Assembly: GCA_035380685.1 (NCBI GenBank)
Contig: DAOSXX010000006.1
Location: 9,961 to 73,960 of the forward strand
DNA: 64,000 nucleotides
Reading direction: 5' to 3'
Source of the DNA: Methanothrix sp.
GTDB lineage: Archaea > Halobacteriota > Methanosarcinia > Methanotrichales > Methanotrichaceae
In this document: one piece after another, positions 46,023 to 55,289 of the stretch
Position numbering within the stretch: position 1 is the first letter of the stretch
Layout of the letters: every line of letters starts with the position of its first letter
The notes under the pieces: model-generated
Told to the model about the DNA's origin: nothing
The model's input: only the letters and a program-made list of their open reading frames with translations
Databases searched by the model: none
Position numbers and translations under genes: made by a program

Positions 46023-49000
46023 GCAGATCGAATCGGAAAGGGACGGGTCGCACGTCTCGCCTCCGGAGACCTCGATACAGCACCCGATCCCGCCAGAGGT
46101 CAGGTTCCAGTCGGGCGGGGACCAAAGCTGGACGATTTCGGAGGCGTTCTCCTCTGCCACAGTCTCATTCTCGAAAACAATCAGAACTTCGGGACGAAGA
46201 TAAAGCCCCGGTGGTCCCACGATGCAGGAGCTTTCGGCGGTCACCGTCCCGCCGTCGTAATCGGCGACGGCCGTGACGACGTTCCTTCGAGCCTGAGCAG
46301 GACCCGTCAGCCCCGTCCAGAGATCTATCGTAAACTTGCCGCCTATCGGCAGAGACAGGATCGTCCAGGAGACCCGATCTCCCTCGATCTCAGGCCTCAG
46401 GCTCGAGTTGATGAAAGAAAGGCCGGGTGGGAGAATGTCGGCTACCACGATCGGTCCAAGGGGCTTGTTTCCGTCGTTGGTGACGTTTATCCTGAATAGG
46501 ACCGCATCCTCGCCCGCAGCAATCTGGTCTTTCGTCACGTTGACGTGAGGCTCCAGGTATTTGGGAACTTTGTGGATCCCTATGGAGGTGGCGACCTGGT
46601 AGCGTCCCAGGAACGTCTGATCTATCACCACCTTCACCTCGTCGTGAGGTCCTGCCTGGACGGCAGCTTTGATGTCCTGTCTTCCCTCGAACTCGCCCAA
46701 TATCGAGATCGACGAGGAGTCCGTTACCGACTCCATCTCGATATAGTCTGCAGAGCTAATCCTCTCACTTATGAGATGCTCATCGCCTCTGGTGGAGATC
46801 CCCTCTTGCCATTTGGACGAGCGGTTCAGCAAGACGCCCCCCGCCATCTGGGCGCTCGGCACGTAGACCATCCTCGAGTCCTTGTAGACGGTGCCGGTGG
46901 CGATCAGCTCATCGGCCTCGTAGTACCCCGACCCGTGCTCAAAGGACCTCTGGGAATCGTCCACCCTGTGGTCCGCGGAGACAAAACCCTCGCCGATCGC
47001 CCCCTTCTCATAAGAAACGCCCTTCCCGTAAGAGTCGATCGACTCCTCCACCCTGAAGCTCCCGTGATAATCCTCGTCGATGGATATCAGCGGATCGCCC
47101 GTTTCGGGATCGAGCCTTAGATAGCCGATGTGGCCCATCCCCCCGATGAACTCAGAATCGGACCCGTAGACGGTCTGGTTCTCGTCCAGGAGGAACGAGC
47201 TTCTCTTGTCGATAATCTCAACGTACCGAAAGTCTTCTGCCACCGACTCCGACCGGACACGATTTCTGGCGCAGGTCCTGTCGGTCCAGGATGAGTTGTA
47301 GTCGATCGTGCGGCCGTTGTAGACCGAGAAGGTGGTGGGCCTCCGGGCGGCGAATATCTCCTTGTCGAGAGACGTGCTCTTGTTGGTGGAGTTGAGCCTC
47401 GCTATCCGATCCTCCTCGTAGTAGCCGGAGCCGTGCTCGACGGCGGAGATCTCGGTGCCTTTGGCCTCCAAAACCCTGATCGTCTCGGAATATGAGGCTA
47501 GAATCGACACCGACTCGTTCTTGAATCTGTAAGTCCCGGTTATGTTGACGCGATTTGTGAGGTCGTAGGGTCTGCGGCTGGTGGAGAGCCTCTCTCTTAT
47601 GGAGACGAACCCCTCGCCGCTGACCGAGGAGCTCTCATCGAACCGAACGTCCGGCCTCTCAGGGATCCTGACGACGAGGCTGATGGACCGGGTCTCGTTT
47701 TGATCGAGGGATCCGACGACCCAGACCAGGACCTTCCCGCTCGCTCGGCTGGGCGGAGGGTTTGCCGATATGTACTCCGCCAGATCCGGGAGCCTGTCGA
47801 TGACGACGACGTTATTTGCGGTGCAATTTGAGGCGTTGCCGGGATCGCTGCAGTTCATGTTGTTCCCGAAAAGGATGGTGTAGACGACCACCTCCCCCGC
47901 CGAGTACTCGGACTTCTCGGCGGTCTTCCTGATCCAGAGGGATGAGACGATCAGGGTATAGACCTCGGCGAAATCGCCCTTCGACTGGTCTGAGTCTATC
48001 TTGTAGCGGTTTTTGATCAAGTCGGAGGTGTTCTCCTCAGGCTTCACCTTCACCCCGATCGTGATGGTACCAGTCTCATTTGGGGCCAGGTTCAAGAAGT
48101 TCCACCATCGAAGTCTTCCGTCGTCTCCAGACCCATTATAATTGGGTTGGAAGGTGGAGGTGTTGAACAGATGAACGACGTTTTCGTCCAATATGTCGGT
48201 CACGGTCACGTTCGTGGCGTTTCCCGTCCCCTCGTTCCAGAAGGTGATGGTGTAGTTGAAGGTTCCCCCCGGACTCGTTAGGCTCGGGGCCGTCTTCGCG
48301 ATCCGCAACCTCGGACCTTTGACGGTGGTGTTGATGGTGACGTTGGCGGTCCGGTTCTCATCGCAGGTGATCCTCACCGAGTTGTTCAGGATCGACCCGT
48401 CCTCGGCGTCGTTGGAGACCTTGACGCTTATCCGGATCGTACCCCCTGCGCCGGCCGAGAGGTTTCCGACCTTCCAGACGTCGCTCGTCCCCGGATCGGG
48501 GAGAGGATCTGAGGATAGGAACTCCACCATGTCGTCGTAGGTCTCCCGGACGACGACCCCGTGGGCGACGCCGTCGCCCTCGTTTCTGTACCTTATGGTG
48601 TAGTTCAATACGCCCCCGGCATCGGCGGGGTCTGGATCGTCGAGCTTTTCGACCACCAGCACCGGAGCGACGACCGCGGTCTCGACCGTCGCCTCGTCGG
48701 TGACGTTCTCGGCAGAGGCGATTCTGACCTGATTCTCAAGGATGTGGCCACTATCAAGGCTCGAGTTCACCTGGACGAAGATGACGATCGATCCCGAGAC
48801 ATCTCTTGCTAGATCGCCGATGGTCCATCGATCGTCGGTTCCAGGATCGGGAGGTGGGCTCGAAGAGACGAAGGTCACGTTCTCGTCGTAGGTCTCCAGT
48901 ATGACGACGCCGGTGGCGTCGGCGTCACCATAGTTGGCGTAATCGATGGTGTACTTCAGAACCCCTCCGGCCTCAACAGGGTCGGGATCTGCCCGTTTCG

Positions 49001-50753
49001 CGATCTTCAAATCGGGCTGAGGAACTTCGACCTCAAGGGAGAAGACGTCCCAGTCGGTGACGTTCTCGCCGCCGGGGCCGACGGCGGTGACGGCGGCGGT
49101 GTTGTGAACCCAGACCCGCTTCTTGTAGGGAATGTAGCCGGGAGTTTTTCTGTACTCTCTGCTGATGACGACCCCCAATGCGTTCATCACCGTGATCAGG
49201 GTATCTCCGGTCGCATAATCGGTGGCGGTATAGGTCTTGTATCCCGCCGTCGGCTTATCATATTCTATCCGGAGACCCTCGTTCGTCCTTCTTGAAAGGT
49301 AAAAGTCCGAGGTCAGTTTGCCTGAAGGGTCATGCTCGCTCGTCAAAACCGCATCTTGAATTGGGCTGTAGTATTCGGACCTTCTGAGAACTCCGGCTTC
49401 GTCGACGGCAAGGCTCAGGGTCTCCTTCGTGACGGAGTCTGTGTAATTTAGGAGGGTGAGGTTCGTCCCGTAAAGGAATATCTCGCTCTCTGCCATCTGA
49501 GCCCTGCTGAAATTGAACCGGTCCCTCATTTCGATCATGCTCTTCAGCTTGATCTCCAGCCGGACGGTCATCCTGGAGAGCCTCGCGATCAGGGCCTCGT
49601 CGCGTCCGGGCATGGGGCCGTCGGCCATGATGGTCAGAAGCTGATCGTAGTCGGAGGGGTTTGGCATCTGGTACCTGCAATCGTAAAGCCACGCCTCGCC
49701 GGGGTCGAGGACGCCGTCATCACCCGAGTCGCCGCTCACAAAGGTTGGATCGCAGTCGGGACCCCAGTCATGAACGTCCGTCAGGTTCACCTCCCTGAGG
49801 GGGAGGTCGCCGACGTTCTCGACCTCGTAGGTGTAGGTCACATAGTCGCCGACCCTGACGGGAGGCTCGTATACGCAGTCTTTCACCACGCTGATCTCAG
49901 ACCGACAAGGTTCGACGGTGACGACCTCAGACGAGACGCAGTTGCAGTCAAAGACGGCAGACGAGACCATCAGGTCGATGGTGTATTCCCCGGGCTCTTT
50001 GGGGGCGGTCCAGTTCGTCGTTGACGAGTTCGAGGAGATGAAGGCGCCGCCGGAAGCCTCCCACCAGTACCGGTAATCCGGATCTTCCAGCGTTTCCATG
50101 GTGATGGTGGCCCCGGCGCAGACGACGTCTTCGGCGACGATGGCGCATCTTGGCACTTCGAGAACGGTTATGGTCAGGAAGGTGCCCAAATCCACGTCAA
50201 ACAGCGTCGGATCTGCTGAGATCTTGTATTCGCCGGGTGCCGGCGGGGTCCATCGAACCGTCGAAGTCCTGGTATCGTTGAACCTTCCGACTTCGGCGTC
50301 CTCGGCGTCAAAGGCCCTCCACTCGTAGCTATCCAGCTGCGATATGGCTGTAAACTGGGCTGATTGCCCGTAACAGATTTTGTCGGGCCCCGTCACTATG
50401 GTCTTTGCCGGAAGGACTACCACCACCATCTCCTCCTGGCCGGAGCAGCCATAATCATCCGTCGTGGTCAGGTTGATCACAACCGTCTTCGATGACAGCA
50501 CGGTCGGAGCGGTCCAGTTGAAGACCATCGAGTCCGACCAAAGGGGGTCGCCGTCCGACGCCGCCCAGCGGTAGGTGCAGTTGGGGCAGAGGCTTGTTGG
50601 CTCAAAGGCGCATACTTCACCTGAGAAGACCTGCTGTCCCTCCAGCTCCGCACCTGCCGTTGTGACAAGGAGGGAAAAAAGCAAGAAGGTAATCGCCCCG
50701 ACCTGAACCCTCAATCTCTTCCATCCAGATGGGAAACTTGACTGCGAACTCAT
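45999..50753 (-). CDS. Giant secreted adhesin-like surface protein with multiple DUF11 repeats and N-terminal PKD/Ig-like modules
   Basis: About 1584 aa from the ATG at 50753 (MSSQSSFPSGWKRLRVQVGAITFLLFSLLVTTAGA). At least five DUF11-type repeats (e.g. LKIAKRADPDPVEAGGVLKYTIDYANYGDADATGVVILETYDENVTFVSSSPPPDPG..W.IGDL; LVVEKLDDPDPADAGGVLNYTIRYRNEGDGVAHGVVVRETYDD..). Cys-rich C-terminus. The longest ORF start (50861) would overlap the upstream gene. Confidence 0.9.
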   Translation of the reverse strand: MSSQSSFPSGWKRLRVQVGAITFLLFSLLVTTAGAELEGQQVFSGEVCAFEPTSLCPNCTYRWAASDGDPLWSDSMVFNWTAPTVLSSKTVVINLTTTDDYGCSGQEEMVVVVLPAKTIVTGPDKICYGQSAQFTAISQLDSYEWRAFDAEDAEVGRFNDTRTSTVRWTPPAPGEYKISADPTLFDVDLGTFLTITVLEVPRCAIVAEDVVCAGATITMETLEDPDYRYWWEASGGAFISSNSSTTNWTAPKEPGEYTIDLMVSSAVFDCNCVSSEVVTVEPCRSEISVVKDCVYEPPVRVGDYVTYTYEVENVGDLPLREVNLTDVHDWGPDCDPTFVSGDSGDDGVLDPGEAWLYDCRYQMPNPSDYDQLLTIMADGPMPGRDEALIARLSRMTVRLEIKLKSMIEMRDRFNFSRAQMAESEIFLYGTNLTLLNYTDSVTKETLSLAVDEAGVLRRSEYYSPIQDAVLTSEHDPSGKLTSDFYLSRRTNEGLRIEYDKPTAGYKTYTATDYATGDTLITVMNALGVVISREYRKTPGYIPYKKRVWVHNTAAVTAVGPGGENVTDWDVFSLEVEVPQPDLKIAKRADPDPVEAGGVLKYTIDYANYGDADATGVVILETYDENVTFVSSSPPPDPGTDDRWTIGDLARDVSGSIVIFVQVNSSLDSGHILENQVRIASAENVTDEATVETAVVAPVLVVEKLDDPDPADAGGVLNYTIRYRNEGDGVAHGVVVRETYDDMVEFLSSDPLPDPGTSDVWKVGNLSAGAGGTIRISVKVSNDAEDGSILNNSVRITCDENRTANVTINTTVKGPRLRIAKTAPSLTSPGGTFNYTITFWNEGTGNATNVTVTDILDENVVHLFNTSTFQPNYNGSGDDGRLRWWNFLNLAPNETGTITIGVKVKPEENTSDLIKNRYKIDSDQSKGDFAEVYTLIVSSLWIRKTAEKSEYSAGEVVVYTILFGNNMNCSDPGNASNCTANNVVVIDRLPDLAEYISANPPPSRASGKVLVWVVGSLDQNETRSISLVVRIPERPDVRFDESSSVSGEGFVSIRERLSTSRRPYDLTNRVNITGTYRFKNESVSILASYSETIRVLEAKGTEISAVEHGSGYYEEDRIARLNSTNKSTSLDKEIFAARRPTTFSVYNGRTIDYNSSWTDRTCARNRVRSESVAEDFRYVEIIDKRSSFLLDENQTVYGSDSEFIGGMGHIGYLRLDPETGDPLISIDEDYHGSFRVEESIDSYGKGVSYEKGAIGEGFVSADHRVDDSQRSFEHGSGYYEADELIATGTVYKDSRMVYVPSAQMAGGVLLNRSSKWQEGISTRGDEHLISERISSADYIEMESVTDSSSISILGEFEGRQDIKAAVQAGPHDEVKVVIDQTFLGRYQVATSIGIHKVPKYLEPHVNVTKDQIAAGEDAVLFRINVTNDGNKPLGPIVVADILPPGLSFINSSLRPEIEGDRVSWTILSLPIGGKFTIDLWTGLTGPAQARRNVVTAVADYDGGTVTAESSCIVGPPGLYLRPEVLIVFENETVAEENASEIVQLWSPPDWNLTSGGIGCCIEVSGGETCDPSLSDSICSGTTYLT

Positions 50754-50781
50754 GCTTACTCGTTCCAAATTGTTCCAATCA

Positions 50782-52239
50782 TTACAGCATAACGATCGAT
50801 GCCGTCGGAGATTCGACGTAGAGCACCTCAAGCTGACAGCCACCGGTCGCCATCGACCCATCGGGATTCTTTCTGACGATATAGAGATAGAGATCGTGGG
50901 GGCCGAACTCGAATCGGCTCCAGTCGACGATCACTTCCTCACCGGATCCCACCTCAACGCCGTCAACCTTCCAGGTAAAGTTGAAGCTGGCCAAAGACGC
51001 CTGCAGATCTTCTCCCGCGTAGTAGAAGACTGCAACTGGCTGGTCGTCACAGACGGAGTCTGGACCCGATATCCCGCACAAAACCGGTTCGGTGACCGTC
51101 ACTCTGACCTCGTCGCTGTCCCGACATCCGCGCCCGTCGGTCACCGTCAAGGTGTAATTCGTGGTGCTGGACGGCGAAGCCACAGGGTTCGATTTTGCGG
51201 GGTCGTCTAGGCCGGTTGCAGGAGCCCAGATGTAGGTATATCCTCCGCTTCCGCTCTTCGCCGCGGGACTGCCTCCGATCACCACGGAGTCGCCGAGGGT
51301 GATGTTCCTGTCCGGCCCTGCGTCCGCCTCGGGACCGAGTTTCGCCGCTACCTGGCTGGAATACCGGTTGTTGTCGATGATCTTCTCGCTCAGATCCCCA
51401 ACGACAAAACCGCTGGACACGATGGTCTCGCCATCGGCCACCCCATCCTTCAGGCGGACGGTGTAGCTCGCATATCCTTCGCCTCCTGCAGTAAGGTCTC
51501 CGATGCGCCAGATGATGACGTCCCCGTCGTCCTCGCCCCCACCGTCATCGGTTACCTCAACCTTCGTCTCGTCGTAATCTTCGACGAGGGTGACGTTTCT
51601 CTGATCTGCAGGCCCCGCATTTGAATAACGAATAGAATAAGTTATACGGCCGCATTCAGCGATCGCCGTCGCTCTTACGGCAAGATCAGGAACCAAAAGA
51701 TTCTTCGCCATTATGGGAACATCCCTGCTTCCGCCGTCTTCGACGCTGACGTGGAGGCTCGCTCCTGGCCAGAGGCCGGCCTCGTCGCTCAGCCGTGCAC
51801 ACCATTCGAGGACGTAAGTTTCGCCCTTCGGCACAGTCGCTATCCAGCGGTAGCGCCCCTCATCGCCATCGAAGTAGGGCCCGTTTATCGACCCTCCAGG
51901 AACCACAAACGACTCGAAGCCCACGATCCCCCTCGTCCCATCCCTTTCGCTGTCGAAGGCCAGCTGCAGATTCAGAGTCTCTGCGCTGGACCCCTTGTTC
52001 TCCACCGAATAGCGGAAGGGTATGCAGTCGCCTTCAGACCAGCCCTTCAAGGCCCCTGTGGTCCAGCCCTCGTGAGGATCGAGGGTGTAGCCCTCCAGCC
52101 TCTCGTTAAAAGATGCTCCGATCGCAGGCGTCGCGATCCCGGAGAAGAAGAGAGATATCAACGATGCCGTCAAAACCGCGCCCGAGATGCGACCCCTTTT
52201 CACTTCCCCCTCCCGATGATCTTTCCCATGGAGCATCAT
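50782..52239 (-). CDS. Secreted surface protein (DUF11 repeat plus PKD/Ig-like modules)
   Basis: 485 aa. Leader GRISGAVLTASLISLFFSGIATPAIGA. DUF11 repeat (ITYSIRYSNAGPADQRNVTLVEDYDE..IIWRIGDLTAGGEG). Module YTYIWAPATGLDDPAKSNPVASPSSTTNYTLTVTDGRGCRDSDEVRVTV. C-terminal domain is shared with the next gene. Confidence 0.88.
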   Translation of the reverse strand: MMLHGKDHREGEVKRGRISGAVLTASLISLFFSGIATPAIGASFNERLEGYTLDPHEGWTTGALKGWSEGDCIPFRYSVENKGSSAETLNLQLAFDSERDGTRGIVGFESFVVPGGSINGPYFDGDEGRYRWIATVPKGETYVLEWCARLSDEAGLWPGASLHVSVEDGGSRDVPIMAKNLLVPDLAVRATAIAECGRITYSIRYSNAGPADQRNVTLVEDYDETKVEVTDDGGGEDDGDVIIWRIGDLTAGGEGYASYTVRLKDGVADGETIVSSGFVVGDLSEKIIDNNRYSSQVAAKLGPEADAGPDRNITLGDSVVIGGSPAAKSGSGGYTYIWAPATGLDDPAKSNPVASPSSTTNYTLTVTDGRGCRDSDEVRVTVTEPVLCGISGPDSVCDDQPVAVFYYAGEDLQASLASFNFTWKVDGVEVGSGEEVIVDWSRFEFGPHDLYLYIVRKNPDGSMATGGCQLEVLYVESPTASIVML

Positions 52240-52319
52240 GCCGAATTTCGCACAAAATTATGGATGCAGGGAGCAGGACCCCTGCATCCCGTCTTGGCTT
52301 AGAACGTCCAGCACTCCAT

Positions 52320-52994
52320 TCATCGGACCAAGGAGAAGGTCGCAGAGGGGGACTCAACGTATAACACGTCGTACTCACAGGTGCTGGTGACCTCCGTGCC
52401 GTCGGGATACGTCTTCTTCACCTCCAGGGTCAGAAGATGATCTCCGAAATCTAAACCGTACTTGTTATCGCTGAAATCGATCTCCACAATCTCCGTGTTT
52501 CCATGCTGAACATCTTTATCGTCGATCTTCCAGTCGAAGGCGAAATCAGCGGTGGTCGTATCTTCGCCGACATAGCTGAACTCCTTGATCGGGCTATCCT
52601 CGCAGACGCCCTCGGGACCATCGATGCCGCATACAGGAATGGCGTGGATTGCGAGGCAGTCGCTTGTCCGGTCGATACAGCCGTATCCGTCAGTCAAAAG
52701 GAGGGTGACGGTGACGGTCTTCGTCCCCTCATCGGGGGTGACGTCGGGGGTTGTGAAGCTGAAGTTCCTGTCGGACCCCGAAGCTATCGTAGACCCGTCC
52801 ACCTCGGCGGACCAGTCGTAATAGTAGGTCACGTTCTCCACATATTCGAGCTGCACGGGCTCAGGACCCTGGTAGGTTACGACCTGTCCGGGCGCTTCGG
52901 CAGGGCAGACGACAGCCGCAGCCTGAGCACCAGTCAACTGAACCGCCAAAATAAGAGACGCCGTAACGGCGACCACAATTGCACGTCCAAGCAT
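52320..52994 (-). CDS. Small secreted protein with two PKD/Ig-like modules (first gene of the surface operon)
   Basis: 224 aa. Leader MLGRAIVVAVTASLILAVQLTGAQA. The C-terminal 85 aa or so are homologous to the C-terminus of the 485-aa protein (both end ..VLYVESP(S/T)A). A TTTAAAT box lies at 53066-53072. Confidence 0.85.
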   Translation of the reverse strand: MLGRAIVVAVTASLILAVQLTGAQAAAVVCPAEAPGQVVTYQGPEPVQLEYVENVTYYYDWSAEVDGSTIASGSDRNFSFTTPDVTPDEGTKTVTVTLLLTDGYGCIDRTSDCLAIHAIPVCGIDGPEGVCEDSPIKEFSYVGEDTTTADFAFDWKIDDKDVQHGNTEIVEIDFSDNKYGLDFGDHLLTLEVKKTYPDGTEVTSTCEYDVLYVESPSATFSLVR

Positions 52995-53476
52995 AATTTA
53001 CACCTCATATTGGAGTCTTCGAGGGCTGATGGACGAGGCACCATTTGCGGAAGTCTGCCCACATATTTAAATTCAATGATTTTTTTGAGGGAGATCGGCT
53101 CACCCGCTCAACGAATGCCACCCACGCAACGCCGCTCTATTCTGCCACGATCTAACCGCTTCAGATAAATTATCTCCAATAGTATATGATTATTTCGCCT
53201 TTTTAAAAAGCAATATATGTATTTTAAGCAGGATCCTAATTCGAAGGGCGACCTTCATTTCTCATAATCAGGATATTTCAGATAATTTGGATCGATGCAG
53301 TCTGTTATTTGGAACTCACGTCAATTAAAATTGAATATTAATTTTAAATTGTGGTCAACAAGCCCTGATTCTGAGATGAACAGCGCATAAGAATAATTAA
53401 GATGAAGGACCAGTATAGTTTGTATACGACATTCCAAAGTTGGAGAATCGCGATAACCTATCAGGTGGCGTTGAAG

Positions 53477-54385
53477 ATGACCCAAAATAGACTGATCTTG
53501 TACGGATGCGTAATCTGCTCGGCTCTGATTTTTCTGGCCGGAGCAGCTCAATCTGATAATACCGCAACGGTCAACGTTATGATCGGTGCAGAGCTCCATC
53601 CCGGCTCCTCCGAGATGACGGACGAGGAAAAGTGGAACCTCGAAGTGAACTCCATGGTCCAGATGCTGAACGAGATCGATCCCGATGGGCTGAACGTCAC
53701 GGTCTACGTGACGGGAGACTACGTATCAGAGTTTGCGGGGAACGCCTGGTACAAGCTCTATGTTACCCGGATCGGGTCGAAGCCGAACCACGAGCTGGCC
53801 ATGTACGGCATGACCACAGGAGAGATGCTCGGAACGATGTCCTATGGAGAACAGTACCCGCTGATGAGAGAGGCAAAAAGGCTCATCGAAGCCGCCTACA
53901 TCTGCGACGGCAGGGTCATTGAGGTCAAAGGGTTTTTGCCCCAGTCCTTCAGTCAGAGCGCGACCACCCTCGGGATCCTGGACAGGATGGTGATCGAGTA
54001 CGACGCGGGATACCAGGCGGGCATCGTTTTTGAGCCTGGCCACGTGAACGATACGTGGCCATATCCGGTGGAGGGCCACGACTTCTCAGCGGTTCCCATC
54101 AGCACCCACCTGATCTCGGGGGAGCTGGTGCCGTTATCAGACCGATTCGCCAAAGAGGTGCTCGATCTGAGCGGGGCCGAGTGGGAAGATCTTCTGATGA
54201 GCGAGTTTGACGAATGTGCCGAGGGAGGAGACCCCATGGTGGTGATCTTCACCAACGTCGTCACCGGCGAGGACGAGGGGTACATGGAGGCTTACAGGAA
54301 CTTCATAGATCGCGCCAACTCGAAGGACGCGAGCTTCGTCTCGACCCTGGAGCTGGTCGAGATGGCAAGATCGAGGACGGGTTAA
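53477..54385 (+). CDS. Secreted hypothetical protein, possibly polysaccharide-deacetylase-like
   Basis: The ATG at 53477 (GGTGG 9 nt upstream) gives the leader MTQNRLILYGCVICSALIFLAGAAQS. Weak NodB-like hints (NVTVYVTGDY, NHELAMYG). The product name is tentative. The longest ORF starts at 53402. Confidence 0.7.
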   Translation: MTQNRLILYGCVICSALIFLAGAAQSDNTATVNVMIGAELHPGSSEMTDEEKWNLEVNSMVQMLNEIDPDGLNVTVYVTGDYVSEFAGNAWYKLYVTRIGSKPNHELAMYGMTTGEMLGTMSYGEQYPLMREAKRLIEAAYICDGRVIEVKGFLPQSFSQSATTLGILDRMVIEYDAGYQAGIVFEPGHVNDTWPYPVEGHDFSAVPISTHLISGELVPLSDRFAKEVLDLSGAEWEDLLMSEFDECAEGGDPMVVIFTNVVTGEDEGYMEAYRNFIDRANSKDASFVSTLELVEMARSRTG

Positions 54386-54431
54386 ATAAAACTCGGCTTG
54401 AGAAGAGGTTCGAAGGACGAGAGGAAGGATC

Positions 54432-54760
54432 TCAGCCCTCACCCTTCCTCGTCGTACCGCCCCAGAGGGGGTCGTCTCCGAACCTCTCCCGCCACCATCT
54501 CTCGTACGACCCATCGCTATTTTCCCGGGTCGGCATCTCCTCGTCGAAGGGGTCCTCATAATTTTCGCAGTATGACAGGACGATCTCGTAAGCCTTTTTA
54601 ATCTTCTGAGACACCTCCTTAAGCAAAGCTCCTCCGGCTGATCTTTGCGGGCGTCGGGGTGCCATCGGACCATGAGGTCCCTGCGACAGGCTTTGATCGC
54701 CTTCAAGCTAGCCCTCTCGGGAAGGCCAAGCACCTCTGCCGCCCATCTCAGCTCCTCCAC
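54432..54760 (-). pseudogene. J-domain (DnaJ-like) protein gene interrupted by a frameshift
   Basis: Frame A (from 54760): MEELRWAAEVLGLPERASLKAIKACRRDLMVRWHPDARKDQPEE, i.e. helices I-II plus the HPD motif. Frame B (to 54432): ..ALLKEVSQKIKKAYEIVLSYCENY..., i.e. helix III. The frames switch near 54640-54650. Confidence 0.7.
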
Positions 54761-54782
54761 CTCAAAAGGCGGTCTTTCATCG

Positions 54783-55247
54783 TCAGATATCGAGCCTCAC
54801 CCCGAAGAGCCTCTCGAACTTCTCGTACTTGGCCCGAGCACGGTAGAGGTTCTGGCGGGTGTAGGCTTCGCCCCTCTCGCACCGTTCCATGTCTCTCAGC
54901 TCTGCGGGGGTGAAGACCGCCTCCAGCTCTTCTCGAGGAATATCGGAGAGGCTGGTGGTTTTGGGTTTCTCCTTCGCGGACCGTTCAGGCTCCGCCGCCT
55001 CCAGATCGAGGTCCTCCTCCCAGGACCAAGACGGGCCGTATCGCGAGAGGACCATCCTCTCGCATCCCTGGCAGCGGGATGCCACGAGCCAGCCTATAGA
55101 GAGCTGATAGCAGGCGAGGGACGATAGCTCCCCGTCGCAGAAGGTGCAGAACCCCACCACGTTCTCCTCCACCGAGCGGGGTTCGAGCTTTCGTCCCTCA
55201 AAAAAGAGGTGCCTCTTCTCCTGATCCAGCCTGTACATCTTTTCCAA
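54783..55247 (-). CDS. Hypothetical protein with a CxxC...CxxC zinc-ribbon motif
   Basis: 154 aa: ..FCTFCDGEL...ASRCQGCERMV.. It ends 22 nt upstream of the J-domain start on the same strand. Confidence 0.65.
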   Translation of the reverse strand: MEKMYRLDQEKRHLFFEGRKLEPRSVEENVVGFCTFCDGELSSLACYQLSIGWLVASRCQGCERMVLSRYGPSWSWEEDLDLEAAEPERSAKEKPKTTSLSDIPREELEAVFTPAELRDMERCERGEAYTRQNLYRARAKYEKFERLFGVRLDI

Positions 55248-55289
55248 ACGACTGTGCCGCCAGCACGACGGCGTCCAAACTGAGCGGTT

